64,000 nucleotides of DNA from an uncultured delta proteobacterium (lineage in GTDB: Bacteria; Desulfobacterota; Desulfomonilia; UBA1062), in assembly GCA_963798485.1 (NCBI GenBank), contig CAWCTR010000004.1, positions 1-64,000 on the forward strand, given 5' to 3'. How positions within the stretch are numbered: position 1 is the first letter of the stretch; each line of letters begins with the position of its first letter. The notes beneath the pieces were generated by a model, which had not been told where the DNA came from, ran no database searches, and worked only from the letters and a program-made list of their open reading frames with translations. The position numbers and the translations under genes are program-made. Of this stretch, positions 1 through 9,728 are shown piece after piece.

Positions 1-1
1 G

Positions 2-523
2 AGGGCCGTTCGGAGGGCCGGTCTCGATGCGATCTACTCCCAGGGCTTCAGCCCCATCATGAAACTCAGCACCACACCGCCGACCTCCTACGGGATCGCC
101 TCGAAATGCGAGTATGTATCCATCGAACTCAAGCACCCCGTTAACCCCAAGGAGATCATGACGCGCCTCAATGCACACCTGCCGGCAGGGTCATGCGTCA
201 TCTCCTGTGTTGAGGGCAAGCTGAGGCAGGTCCGGGCCTTTATCTACAAGACCCTCAGACCTTTTACCCTGTCGCTCACACCTGATGCATGCGTGGTGAA
301 GGAGGGCAAATCTCTGGCCGTGGCTGATTATCTTGAATATTCCGACCCAACGATGCTGCGTCTCGCCTTTAACCAGGGCAGGACCATTTCTCCTGTGTTG
401 CTCCTGGAGAGCCTCTCTCCGGACAAACTCCGGATGGAGGAAATCATCAAGACCGAAACCCTTTTTGCCGAGGATGCATTGCCGGTCAAGGCATCTGAGC
501 GTAAAGATCCATTATACCCTTGA
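2..523 (+). CDS. DUF2344 / TIGR03936-type radical SAM-associated protein, 5'-truncated by the window edge
   Basis: Frame 2 is open from base 2 and reads RAVRRAGLDAIYSQGFSPIMKLS, matching the RRAGL..YSQGF.P..K.S N-terminal signature of DUF2344. Stop at 521-523. Confidence 0.75.
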   Translation, partial: RAVRRAGLDAIYSQGFSPIMKLSTTPPTSYGIASKCEYVSIELKHPVNPKEIMTRLNAHLPAGSCVISCVEGKLRQVRAFIYKTLRPFTLSLTPDACVVKEGKSLAVADYLEYSDPTMLRLAFNQGRTISPVLLLESLSPDKLRMEEIIKTETLFAEDALPVKASERKDPLYP

Positions 524-593
524 TATCCCTTAACTGCGGCATTATCTAAGATCAACAACACTTGTGTGGAAAAACCCAGGCAGGAGGCATTCA

Positions 594-3017
594 ATGGACA
601 ACCCGCCGGACAAACCCATGAAGATTATGGACAAAGGTATTCAGATCCAGACCTCTATCAAGGGCTGTCCTCATTGTTCCCCTGAACCGGCTCAGGCAGA
701 GTATATTGATCCGGTTTGCATGATGCGCACGACAGACAAGGATGCCTACATACCTTATGAATACAAGGGGTCTGCCTATTATTTCTGCAATCCCAAGTGC
801 CTTGAGAAATTCAAAAAGGACCCACAGACCTATATTAACCGCTTGGCAGATCCAAGCCTTTCTGCGGCGCTTTCACCTGTCATGATGCCGGAATCGGCAA
901 CGGGGAAATATACCTGCCCCATGGACCCCGAGATCATCACCGATGGCCCGGGCGTTTGTCCCAAGTGCGGCATGGCCCTGGAACCCATGGCGCCTTCTCT
1001 GGAGGAAGAAGAAAACCCGGAATACACAGATATGAAGAGGCGGTTCTTTTTCGGGCTCGCGCTCACCATCCCGCTGATGATTACCGCCATGAGACATATG
1101 CTGCCGGGACATCTCTTTGAAGGTTTTGCATCTGAACAGGCCTTCGGGTGGGTTGAGTTACTGATAGCAACCCCTGTGGTACTCTGGGCCGGCTGGCCGT
1201 TCTTTGTTCGCGCCTGGATGTCTATAAAAACAAGGAACCTTAACATGTTCACCCTCATCGGCATGGGGGTATTGGTCTCCTTTGGCTATAGCCTTGTTGC
1301 AACCCTTCTCCCTGAGCTCTTCCCGGCAACGCTCAAGGGTAAAGAGGGGACAGTGGGGGTATATTTTGAGGCATCCGCCATGATCGTGACCCTGGTCCTC
1401 CTGGGTCAGGTCCTTGAGCTCAAGGCAAGGTCCCGGACAGGCGACGCCATCAGGTCGCTCTTGAAACTCGCACCTAAAACCGCCCGAATCATCAGGGAGG
1501 GCGGCAACGAAGAGGATATTCCCCTGGATATGATCCACCCGGGTGATCTTTTACGGGTGAGGCCCGGCGAGAAAGTCCCAGCAGATGGTCTCATCCTGGA
1601 AGGCGCAAGTTCCATTGATGAATCCATGATCTCGGGCGAACCCATCCCGGTGGAAAAGGCCATTGGCAACAAGGTTGTGGGGGCTACGGTGAATGGGAAC
1701 GGCTCGTTTATCATGAAGGCCGAGAAGGTTGGAAGCGAGACGCTGTTGTCCCAGATCGTGCGACTCACCATCGAGGCCGGCAGGAGCAGGGCCCCTATCC
1801 AACAGCTTGCAGATGTAGTGGCCTCCTACTTTGTCCCTGCGATATTTGCCGTCTCTTTTATCTCCTTCATCATATGGATGATCTATGGGCCGCAACCCAG
1901 ACTTCCATATGCCATCGTATCGGCTGTGTCGGTGCTCATAATTGCATGCCCATGCGCGTTAGGCCTCGCGACACCCATGTCCATCCTCGTTGCCACCGGA
2001 AAAGGCGCTCATATGGGTGTCCTGTTCAGGGATGCCGAGGCCATCCAGTCCTTTGAAAAGGTGGATACTGTTGTGGTGGACAAGACAGGGACCCTCACCG
2101 AGGGCAGACCCACTCTTCATGCCATCATACCGAGCGGTGCATTCGATGAGGATAGACTCCTCTATCTTGCAGCAAGCATCGAAAAAGGCAGCGAGCACCC
2201 ATTGTCACAGGCCATTGTACAGGCTGCCCTCAACCGGGGTATCCAACCTGTCTCTCATTCGGGTTTTACCGCACATACCGGGAAAGGGATAACAGGTACT
2301 GTGGAGAACCACGAGGTCGCGTTAGGAAACGATAGCCTGCTGCAGGACCTTCATATTGAAACCGGCTGGCTTCAGCCACAGGCGGAGCAGCTTTCAAGCC
2401 AGGGTGCAACCGTGATGTACATTGCTGTTGACGGGAAGGCGCAAGGGGTCATCGCGGTTTCGGATGCCATTAAGGAAACCTCCAAATCCGCTGTTCACAT
2501 GCTTATCAATGACGGACTGCACCTGGTCATGCTTACCGGCGACAGAAAATCCGCAGCCGAGGCTATTGCCAAGAAGCTTGGCATCCGTGGTGTCGTTGCC
2601 GGGGTATTGCCTGCGGAAAAGGTTGATGTGATAAAAAAGTTACAAGGCCAAGGCCGCCTGGTCGCCATGGCCGGCGACGGCATCAATGACGCCCCGGCCC
2701 TTGCTCAGGCAAACGTGGGCATTGCCATGGGAGGCGGGACGGATATCGCCATTGCCAGCGCGCATGTTACCCTTATCAAGGGAGACTTGCGGGCCATTGC
2801 CAGGGCGCGGCTTCTGAGCAAGGCCGCCATGCGCAATATCAAACAAAATCTCTTCTTTGCGTTTTTCTATAATATCCTGTGTGTGCCCATTGCAGCAGGG
2901 ATACTCTATCCTTTCTTCGGGATTATCATGTCGCCCATGATAGCAGCAGCAGCCATGAGCTTCAGCTCGGTGTCCGTCATTGCCAATGCCATGAGGCTGA
3001 GGAACGAAACCTTTTAA
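594..3017 (+). CDS. copA: Copper(I)/silver-translocating P1B-type ATPase with N-terminal YHS and heavy-metal-binding domains
   Basis: YHS-like DPVC...YYFC...C; HMBD YTCPMDP...CPKCGM; SGE(P) actuator; CPC in TM; DKTGT; SEHPL; GDGINDAP; YN and MxxSS Cu(I) motifs. AGGAGG lies upstream of ATG 594. Confidence 0.92.
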   Translation: MDNPPDKPMKIMDKGIQIQTSIKGCPHCSPEPAQAEYIDPVCMMRTTDKDAYIPYEYKGSAYYFCNPKCLEKFKKDPQTYINRLADPSLSAALSPVMMPESATGKYTCPMDPEIITDGPGVCPKCGMALEPMAPSLEEEENPEYTDMKRRFFFGLALTIPLMITAMRHMLPGHLFEGFASEQAFGWVELLIATPVVLWAGWPFFVRAWMSIKTRNLNMFTLIGMGVLVSFGYSLVATLLPELFPATLKGKEGTVGVYFEASAMIVTLVLLGQVLELKARSRTGDAIRSLLKLAPKTARIIREGGNEEDIPLDMIHPGDLLRVRPGEKVPADGLILEGASSIDESMISGEPIPVEKAIGNKVVGATVNGNGSFIMKAEKVGSETLLSQIVRLTIEAGRSRAPIQQLADVVASYFVPAIFAVSFISFIIWMIYGPQPRLPYAIVSAVSVLIIACPCALGLATPMSILVATGKGAHMGVLFRDAEAIQSFEKVDTVVVDKTGTLTEGRPTLHAIIPSGAFDEDRLLYLAASIEKGSEHPLSQAIVQAALNRGIQPVSHSGFTAHTGKGITGTVENHEVALGNDSLLQDLHIETGWLQPQAEQLSSQGATVMYIAVDGKAQGVIAVSDAIKETSKSAVHMLINDGLHLVMLTGDRKSAAEAIAKKLGIRGVVAGVLPAEKVDVIKKLQGQGRLVAMAGDGINDAPALAQANVGIAMGGGTDIAIASAHVTLIKGDLRAIARARLLSKAAMRNIKQNLFFAFFYNILCVPIAAGILYPFFGIIMSPMIAAAAMSFSSVSVIANAMRLRNETF

Positions 3018-3420
3018 ACAGCCCCGCTATCAGTAGCGTATATGCATAGGTGTTTAGTCAGGAATACCTCATATAAAAGGAGTGTTCTGCTATGTCTGCT
3101 TGTAAGACATATTATAAAGCATACAAAATAACATAAGTTTGATCCATGGATCATTTTCTTATTGACCAGGCATGCATTGTGTGTCATAAATGTAATTACA
3201 ACAAGTGTTGTTCTGACCTCCTTTACGCCAGAAGAGGGGACAAGACCTCTCGTGCTTTGTCCTTAAACCTAAACTTCTTCTGGCTATTTTTTTATCTGAG
3301 ATCCTACTGCCGGGCTAACGGATTTATTCAGATGCCGCCAGAGGCCCTTTCCCATGTGGAGACTTCAGGCTTGGATGGAATACATCCGCGTGATACAATA
3401 CCTTACCAAAGGAGTTATCC

Positions 3421-4173
3421 ATGGCTGATTTCGAACTGAAAGGCATCCCCGGCGAGGCTGCAAGAGTTTTACAGCCCTTCGCCCAGGAGCTGCTCTCAAA
3501 GCTTTCATCGAGCCTCCTGTCGCTATCCGTGACAGGCAGCTGTATTACGGGCGATTTCATCCCTGGTCAGTCTGATATCAATTCCGTGCTCGTGCTTACC
3601 CAAACGGATCAAAGAGAACTTGATATCCTTGTCTCAATGACCAGGTTCAAAAAAAACCGCATCAGGAGCCCGCTCATTATGACCGAGGAGTACATAAGGC
3701 GTTCTCTGGATGTGTTCCCCATAGAGTTCCTGGACATCAAGCTCTTTCACAAGACCCTTTATGGCGCAGATCACTTCGGGAAGGTCGCCATCGATAAGGC
3801 CCAGCTAAGACTGCAGTGCGAGCGCGACCTCAAGGCTAAGCTCATCCACCTGCAACGCGGCTATGTCTCCTGCGGGGGCAGGACAAGAATGGTCAGGGCG
3901 CTGCTCCTGGAGGCCCTGCCCGGATTCTTCGCATTACTGAGGTCCATGCTGTTCCTTGTCCAGGCCCCAAAGGAGCCTCCAGCAAGAAAGGCGGATGTGT
4001 TGATGGAGGCAGAGGCTGTATATCACATTCCTCTGTCCAGCCTTGGAGAGATTGCTGCATTGAAGGCCGGCAAGAAATTTTTCCTCAATCGCGATCAGAT
4101 AATGGGCCTTTTCAAAGAGGTCTATAGGATTACCAATGACCTTAGTGTGGCCACAGATGCAATGGCGGTTTAA
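3421..4173 (+). CDS. Nucleotidyltransferase-fold protein of unknown function (TPM/LemA-associated)
   Basis: GS...G....SDIN pol-beta-like motif and DVFPIEFLDI. AAGGAG RBS upstream. First gene of an apparent operon with TPM and lemA. Confidence 0.6.
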   Translation: MADFELKGIPGEAARVLQPFAQELLSKLSSSLLSLSVTGSCITGDFIPGQSDINSVLVLTQTDQRELDILVSMTRFKKNRIRSPLIMTEEYIRRSLDVFPIEFLDIKLFHKTLYGADHFGKVAIDKAQLRLQCERDLKAKLIHLQRGYVSCGGRTRMVRALLLEALPGFFALLRSMLFLVQAPKEPPARKADVLMEAEAVYHIPLSSLGEIAALKAGKKFFLNRDQIMGLFKEVYRITNDLSVATDAMAV

Positions 4174-4921
4174 GCTCCTTCTCCTTGTATGCATGCTCTT
4201 TCCCCTGGGTGTCCTTGCCTCAGAAGGCCAGCCGGCCTCCTATGTAGTAGACAATGCCGGCGTCATCGAAGAGGGGGCCAGAAGCAGGCTGGCCGGGTTA
4301 CTGCAGGAGCTCGAGCAGAAGACGACCGTTCAGATGATCATCCTTACCGTACCAAGTACGGAAGGTATTCCCATTGAGCAGTACAGCCTCCAGCAGGCGG
4401 AGAAATGGGGGCTGGGCCGGAAGGGCAAGGACAACGGCCTGCTCATGCTCATCGCAGTCAAGGACAGGAAGTACCGGTTCGAGACCGGGTATGGCATGGA
4501 GCAGATTCTGCCAGACAGCATGCTGGGGAGCATCGGCAGATCATACCTTGTCCCGGCATTCAAGGCCGGCGATTATACCAAGGGGGTGATGGACGCGACC
4601 TCTGTGATCGCACTCACCATTGCAGATGCCCAGGGCATAAAGCTCAGCGGATTACCGGAGGTGAGGCAATCAGGCAGACGCCCCCATGGCTCTCCCATAG
4701 GCGCCTTTCTCGGTGTTATCATATTCGTAATCATCCTCTCTTCCCTTTCCCGCTCCCGTTCCGGGGGCCTCCTTCAGGCAATTCTCCTTGGTACCCTCCT
4801 GGGGGGAGGCGGACGCGGGGGTTCAGGAGGGTTCGGCAGCTTTGGCGGAGGCGGGTTCGGCTCCTTCGGGGGAGGTGGAGGCGGCGGATTCGGAGGAGGG
4901 GGCGCCTCCGGCGGATGGTGA
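4157..4921 (+). CDS. TPM domain (YgcG-like) membrane protein
   Basis: Signal peptide; VVDNAGVI; W(GLG)RKGKDNGLL; ETGYG.E..LPD; one TM helix; Gly-rich tail ending GGGGASGGW. Start could be 4136. Confidence 0.9.
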   Translation: MQWRFKLLLLVCMLFPLGVLASEGQPASYVVDNAGVIEEGARSRLAGLLQELEQKTTVQMIILTVPSTEGIPIEQYSLQQAEKWGLGRKGKDNGLLMLIAVKDRKYRFETGYGMEQILPDSMLGSIGRSYLVPAFKAGDYTKGVMDATSVIALTIADAQGIKLSGLPEVRQSGRRPHGSPIGAFLGVIIFVIILSSLSRSRSGGLLQAILLGTLLGGGGRGGSGGFGSFGGGGFGSFGGGGGGGFGGGGASGGW

Positions 4922-4955
4922 AGTTGCTTTAAAAGAAAGATAGACAGGAGGTTGT

Positions 4956-5519
4956 ATGAGCAAAGCGACTCAGGTAATCATTGGGATTGTTGTCATTATC
5001 ATCCTCTTTGCAGGAGTGAGCATATCCGGCTTCAACAAGGCCCGCCGCATGAACGAGGCGGTGACGGCCCAGTGGGCACAGGTGGAAAACCAGCTCAAGC
5101 GACGGTTTGATCTCATCCCGAACCTGGTGGAGACGGTCAAGGGTTTTGCCACCCAGGAAAAATCAATATTTTTAGGGATCGCTGAGGCCAGGAAGGCGTA
5201 CTTCTCAGCCCCTGACGTGGCAGGGAAGGCTAAGGCGGCAGGTGATGTGGAGCAGGCCCTGTCCAGGCTGCTGCTGCTCCAGGAGCGCTACCCGGAGCTC
5301 AAGTCCAATGAGAATTTCATGAAGCTTCAAGACTCCCTCGAGGGGACGGAAAACCGCATCTCAGTGGAACGCAAGCGTTACAACGACATTGTCCGGGAGC
5401 TCAACTCATATGTAAAGACCTTTCCGGGCATATTCTTCGCCTCATTTGCCGGCGTGAAGGAGGCGCAATATTTCAACGTGCCCGAAAAAGAGACTGCTGT
5501 CCCGCAGGTGAAATTCTAG
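4956..5519 (+). CDS. lemA: LemA family protein
   Basis: N-terminal TM; WAQVENQLKRRFDLIPNLV; ERYPELKSNENF; LEGTENRI. AGGAGG RBS. Confidence 0.93.
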   Translation: MSKATQVIIGIVVIIILFAGVSISGFNKARRMNEAVTAQWAQVENQLKRRFDLIPNLVETVKGFATQEKSIFLGIAEARKAYFSAPDVAGKAKAAGDVEQALSRLLLLQERYPELKSNENFMKLQDSLEGTENRISVERKRYNDIVRELNSYVKTFPGIFFASFAGVKEAQYFNVPEKETAVPQVKF

Positions 5520-7385
5520 GGGGCCACGATCTCCCGAAGGAACCCTGAGGGTGCCTGATAGGTCTCCCTGCCGTAGAGCGCCCTCACCCGAGACCAGGAT
5601 AGGACGACATGCCTGCGCGCCCTGGTAATGCCCACATACAGGAGCCTTCGCTCTTCTTCGATGTTCTCTGTTGTATCAAACGATCGGGAGTGGGGCAGCA
5701 GGCCCTCTTCACACCCGACGATGAATACATGATCAAACTCCAGACCCTTGGACATATGTAAGGTCATGACGCTGGCCGTTTCACCTCCGGCCACGTCCAT
5801 AGTCGTCATCAGGGCCTTTTCCTGAAGGTAGGCCGTCAGGTCTGTAACCCCTGTTGCGCTGGCGATGAGCTCCCGGACGTTCAGGAGCCTGTCCTGCCCA
5901 TCCATGTCCCCGCCGAGGTAATCTTTATAGCCTGTCTGCTCCACGATCCGGGAGAGCAGGTCCGCCACATCAACGACAGCACTTAACCCTCTGAAATCCT
6001 CCATCATGGCAAGGAATGTTAACAGCCCCTCTGGCTGCGGCCCCCTTGAGCACCTTGCCTGATACCGCCTTTTCCAGGGCATTATAGAAGGTCAAGCCCT
6101 CGGAGGCGGCAAGGCCCTGTACTGCCTCCAGGCTCTTATCCCCAATGCCCCGCGCCGGGGTGTTGATGATCCTTGTAAGGGCCTCCCCGTCGGCAGGATT
6201 GGCGATGAGGCGCAAATATGCAAGCAGGTCCTTGATCTCTCTACGATCATAGAACCGTGTGCCTCCATAGACTGCATAGGGTATGGAGCGCCTTACAAAG
6301 GCCTCTTCCAGTACCCTTGATAAGGCATTGATCCGGTAGAACACCCCGATGGCCGACGGGCTTACGCCCTTATCAATAAGGCCTGAGATGTTATAGGCCG
6401 TATGGAGCGCCTCCTCACCATCATCACTGTATTCCATGATGCTCACATTGCTTCCGGGCCCGCATGCAGAGCGTAATTGCTTGGGCGCCCGGTATCGGTT
6501 GTTGGCGATCAACGATGATGCTGCCTTCAGGATGTCTTCCGTGGAGCGGTAGTTCTGCTCCAATGTCACGACATCGGAGTCGGGGAAGTCGTCCCTGAAT
6601 CGCAGGATGTTCCCCACATCCGCCCCCCTCCAGCCATAGATGGACTGGTCATCATCACCCACCACGCAGATGTTCCTGCCCGGCCCCACCAGTTGCATGA
6701 GAAGCTGGTACTGGGCCATATTGGTGTCCTGGTATTCGTCCACCAGGATGTGGGTGAACCGCTTGTGATAGTGCTCCCTCAGATCTGACATGGTAGCGAG
6801 CATCTGTCCGGGGAGATAGATAAGGTCTGCAAAGTCAAAGGCCCCACAGACCTGTTTTTTCCGTTCATAAAGGCTGATCACCGGGGCAGGGTCAAGGTGC
6901 AGGTCAAAGGGGATCTCGGTTGTGGGCCGCAGCGTATCCTTGCTCATGCTGATAAGCCATGCAATGCGCCCATCCCATCCCCGCTCGCGTTCGATGTTCA
7001 AATCCTTGAGGCACCTGGCGATGAGCGAGCGCTGGTCGGCTTCGTCGTATATGACAAACGCCGCCGGATATCCGATGCGGTGCGCCTCGCGCCGAAGCAT
7101 CCATGCCCCAAAGGAATGGAACGTCCCTGCCCACAGGGCAATATCATGTTTTCCAAGCAGGGACCGGAGGCGCTCCTTCATCTCACCGGCTGCCTTGTTG
7201 GTAAAGGTGAGGCAGAGTATCCGGCTTGCATCCACACCCTGCGCAATAAGGTGCGCCACACGGTGGACAATGACCCTGGTCTTGCCCGAGCCTGCGCCTG
7301 CGAAGATAAGGAGCGGCCCGGCCATATGTCTCACCGCGCGTGTCTGCTCCGGGTTGAGGCCGTCAAGGAGGTGCGCAGGCATCAA
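5516..7385 (-). pseudogene. pcrA: UvrD/PcrA/Rep family ATP-dependent DNA helicase, split by a single +1 frameshift at ~6026-6029 (probably a sequencing error)
   Basis: 5' ORF: AGAGSGKT, TFTNKAA, VDEYQD, VGDDDQSIY.WRG, LEQNYRS. 3' ORF: MTLHMSKGLEF, EEERRLLYVGITRA. Removing one G from the minus-strand AGAGGGGCTG joins ...AARG-LLTFLAMMED. Confidence 0.88.
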
Positions 7386-8626
7386 GTCTTCCCAGGGATG
7401 ACCTTGTCACCCTTGCTGAAGGGCTTGCGAACGAGTTCGCCCTGACCCGGCACAAAAGGGGTCTTCACGGAAAAGACCTGGCTTGGCCTGATGCGCTCTA
7501 TGGGGGCCCCTTCAGACAAGGCGCCATCCAGAATGAAACCTTGTCTCGTGCCGTCTCCTGAAAGCCATTCCAGCTCCATGCCGGCAATCAGGGGGTTGCG
7601 GGCCTCCATAAGCGTCATGCCGTCTTCTATCCCGATGACCTTGGCTGCGAGGTGATGCGTCTGCTCGTAACCTTTAAAGCCGTAATTGATGCCCGTGCTG
7701 TCCGGCCTGCCAATGAAGAACCCGGTGAAGTAGGCACGGTTGCTGACCCTGCCTATCTCTTCAATCCACTCGGGTTTTACAAAAAACGCAGCAGGATCTC
7801 TCAGATACTCATCGCGGGCATGCCTGTAGGCCGCCACTACCGTTGCCACATACAAAGGCGCCTTGTTTCTGCCCTCGATCTTGATGCCATCAAGGCCAAG
7901 GTCCATAACCTCCTCGAATACCGGGAGAAGACAGAGGTCTTTCGAGTTGTAGAGGAAGGTAAATCCGTCTTCTTCCTCCACGGGCATATACTGCCCGGGC
8001 CGTGTCTTTTCCACAAGGGCATAGTCCCACCGGCATGGCTGGGTGCATTGGCCTTGATTTGAATCCCGATCGCACAGGTAATTGCTGATAAGGCACCTGC
8101 CGGAGATGGATATGCATACACTTCCGTGAATGAAGATTTCGAGTTCGATTGCCGTGTTCTTCCTGATAAGCTTGATCTCTTCTTTCGAGAGTTCCCGGGC
8201 CAGGATCACCCTTTTTACCCCCAAGGCCGCCCAGGCATTGACTGCATGGGCGCTCACGGCATTGGCTTGGGTGCTCAGGTGAACAGGCAGCGTGGGACAA
8301 AGCTGCCTTACCAGACTCAACACCCCGATGTCCGATACGATGACTGCATCGATATCGGCCTCCTGAGCCGCAAAGCGGACCAGGTCCGGGAGACCCTCAT
8401 ACTGCCGGTCATGGGGATACGTATTGAGCGCCAGATAGACCTTCACAGCTTTTGCATGGGCAAAGCCCACTGCCTCTCTCAGCCCCTCCGGCGAGAAGTT
8501 CTTGGCAAAGGCCCTCAGGCTTGTATCTCCACGCAGGCCCATGTACACGGCATCGGCCCCGTAGATGCAGGCGGTCTGCAGTGTCTCCATACTGCCTGCC
8601 GGTGCTAAGATCTCAGGTCGTTTCAT
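7382..8626 (-). CDS. Peptidase U32 family protein (TrhP/YegQ-like, tRNA hydroxylation)
   Basis: PEILAPAGS; GADAVY; HLSTQAN; ILARELS; HGSVCISISGRC...SNQGQCTQPCR Fe-S cysteines; IKIEGR. Start placed at MKRPEIL. Confidence 0.88.
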   Translation of the reverse strand: MKRPEILAPAGSMETLQTACIYGADAVYMGLRGDTSLRAFAKNFSPEGLREAVGFAHAKAVKVYLALNTYPHDRQYEGLPDLVRFAAQEADIDAVIVSDIGVLSLVRQLCPTLPVHLSTQANAVSAHAVNAWAALGVKRVILARELSKEEIKLIRKNTAIELEIFIHGSVCISISGRCLISNYLCDRDSNQGQCTQPCRWDYALVEKTRPGQYMPVEEEDGFTFLYNSKDLCLLPVFEEVMDLGLDGIKIEGRNKAPLYVATVVAAYRHARDEYLRDPAAFFVKPEWIEEIGRVSNRAYFTGFFIGRPDSTGINYGFKGYEQTHHLAAKVIGIEDGMTLMEARNPLIAGMELEWLSGDGTRQGFILDGALSEGAPIERIRPSQVFSVKTPFVPGQGELVRKPFSKGDKVIPGKT

Positions 8627-8847
8627 GGCACAATTCCATTTCCCAATCAAAGCGCTCTCGTTGTCGGCCACGTCATCGGCTCCTCGATGTACTAGTATGT
8701 ACACCTGCGTCGCCTCTTCCTTGCCTCCTCGATATCATCTTTGATTGAGAAATGGAATAAAAGGCTATAGCGCAACAGGGCGTGCAGCACAAGGCTGAAT
8801 CACCGCCCAGGGCCTGCCGGGGCTCAATTTTCCTGGCCATTTTCTCC

Positions 8848-8876
8848 TTGACTAGATCCGACCGGGCGGTTAATTA
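8848..8876 (+). promoter_or_regulatory. Putative sigma70 promoter for tRNA-Arg
   Basis: TTGACT-N17-TAATTA, ending 9 bp upstream of the tRNA. The -10 is imperfect. Confidence 0.35.
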
Positions 8877-8885
8877 AGGCCCAAT

Positions 8886-8958
8886 GCCCCCGTAGCTCAG
8901 TGGATAGAGCACAGGATTCCTAATCCTGGTGTCGCAAGTTCGATCCTTGCCGGGGGCA
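8886..8958 (+). tRNA. tRNA-Arg, anticodon CCT (CCA not encoded)
   Basis: Acceptor stem GCCCCCG/CGGGGGC; D arm GCTC-AGTGGATA-GAGC; anticodon stem CAGGA-TTCCTAA-TCCTG; T arm GCAAG-TTCGATC-CTTGC. Confidence 0.97.
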
Positions 8959-8961
8959 CTT
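8913..8961 (+). repeat. attL-like 49-bp direct repeat (3' half of tRNA-Arg)
   Basis: AGGATTCCTAATCCTGGTGTCGCAAGTTCGATCCTTGCCGGGGGCACTT, identical to 13171-13219. Confidence 0.95.
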
Positions 8962-9235
8962 GGTTTTAAGCCAATCTTTAGCATCACATGACAGCAAGCA
9001 TAGTGACCAAACGATTTTTCTCCCCACCCTTGTAAACTGGGGTTAATCGCGCGTTTTAAGAATATCATTTCCAGGGTGTTAAATTCTGCTCTATACCTAC
9101 ACTCGTTACATCTTTATTAGAACCGAACAAAACGAGAGATATCAGCAATCGTTCACTATAAATTAAAAAGGCCGTTTAAAAATTTCTTGACAAGATTATA
9201 TTCACTCACTTTAGTTTAAAGATTAGTGCCATCAC

Positions 9236-9265
9236 TTGACGAAATCTAATTTTCCCCGGTATAGT
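9236..9265 (+). promoter_or_regulatory. Putative sigma70 promoter of the island operon
   Basis: TTGACG-N18-TATAGT. Further TTGACA hexamers at 9187 and 9325. The AT-rich context lowers specificity. Confidence 0.45.
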
Positions 9266-9464
9266 GCTGTTTAATTTAATAGTTAAATATATCAACCCGT
9301 TCTTAATATTGCACTAAATTTATTTTGACAATATTTAAAGTTTGTGCTAGCCGATTTTATTAATAATTTACTAGATTTTAATAAGAACAATATAAGTTCT
9401 CAACTTAACGTTAAATAATTAAAGTCAAGTAAATTATTTTGAATGTTAAAAAGAGGAGGGAATT

Positions 9465-9686
9465 GTGAGAAAATTGCATTATATCACAGTAGAGTCAGTG
9501 ATAGGCAAATGCGAAAAAGATTATAATGAAAATCTTATTGAAACCGAGACATTAAAAAATGCAAACAAGTCTGGTTGTTTGTTAAGTTATTCTCCATCAC
9601 TTTCCAATCCAACTTCAGCAAAATCAATTGAGAAGAATGCAAAAAAAGCATATTATATGGGTTTATTCCCTGCATTAAAAAGCTGA
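9465..9686 (+). CDS. Small hypothetical protein (73 aa), first gene of the island operon
   Basis: Strong SD (AAGAGGAGG, 9451-9459) 5 nt before GTG. Co-oriented and 42 bp upstream of the SIR2-like gene. Confidence 0.65.
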   Translation: MRKLHYITVESVIGKCEKDYNENLIETETLKNANKSGCLLSYSPSLSNPTSAKSIEKNAKKAYYMGLFPALKS

Positions 9687-9728
9687 TAAATTATAATAAA
9701 AAGCTATTAAATTAAATAATATGTTATA

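Noticed and set aside
3146-3439. 97-aa ORF between copA and the NTase-like gene
   Set aside because: No RBS or motif, and it overlaps the RBS and start of the next gene; probably regulatory DNA.
4795-4921. GGC/GGA low-complexity repeat
   Set aside because: Encodes the normal Gly-rich tail of TPM proteins.
6020-6035. Programmed frameshifting or phase variation in pcrA (and at 50860)
   Set aside because: The runs are only 2-4 G with no slippery heptamer or stimulatory structure; an indel error is simpler.
8962-9464. Retron msr-msd or CRISPR array in the island leader
   Set aside because: No reverse transcriptase or cas gene, and no regularly spaced repeats here or elsewhere in the window.
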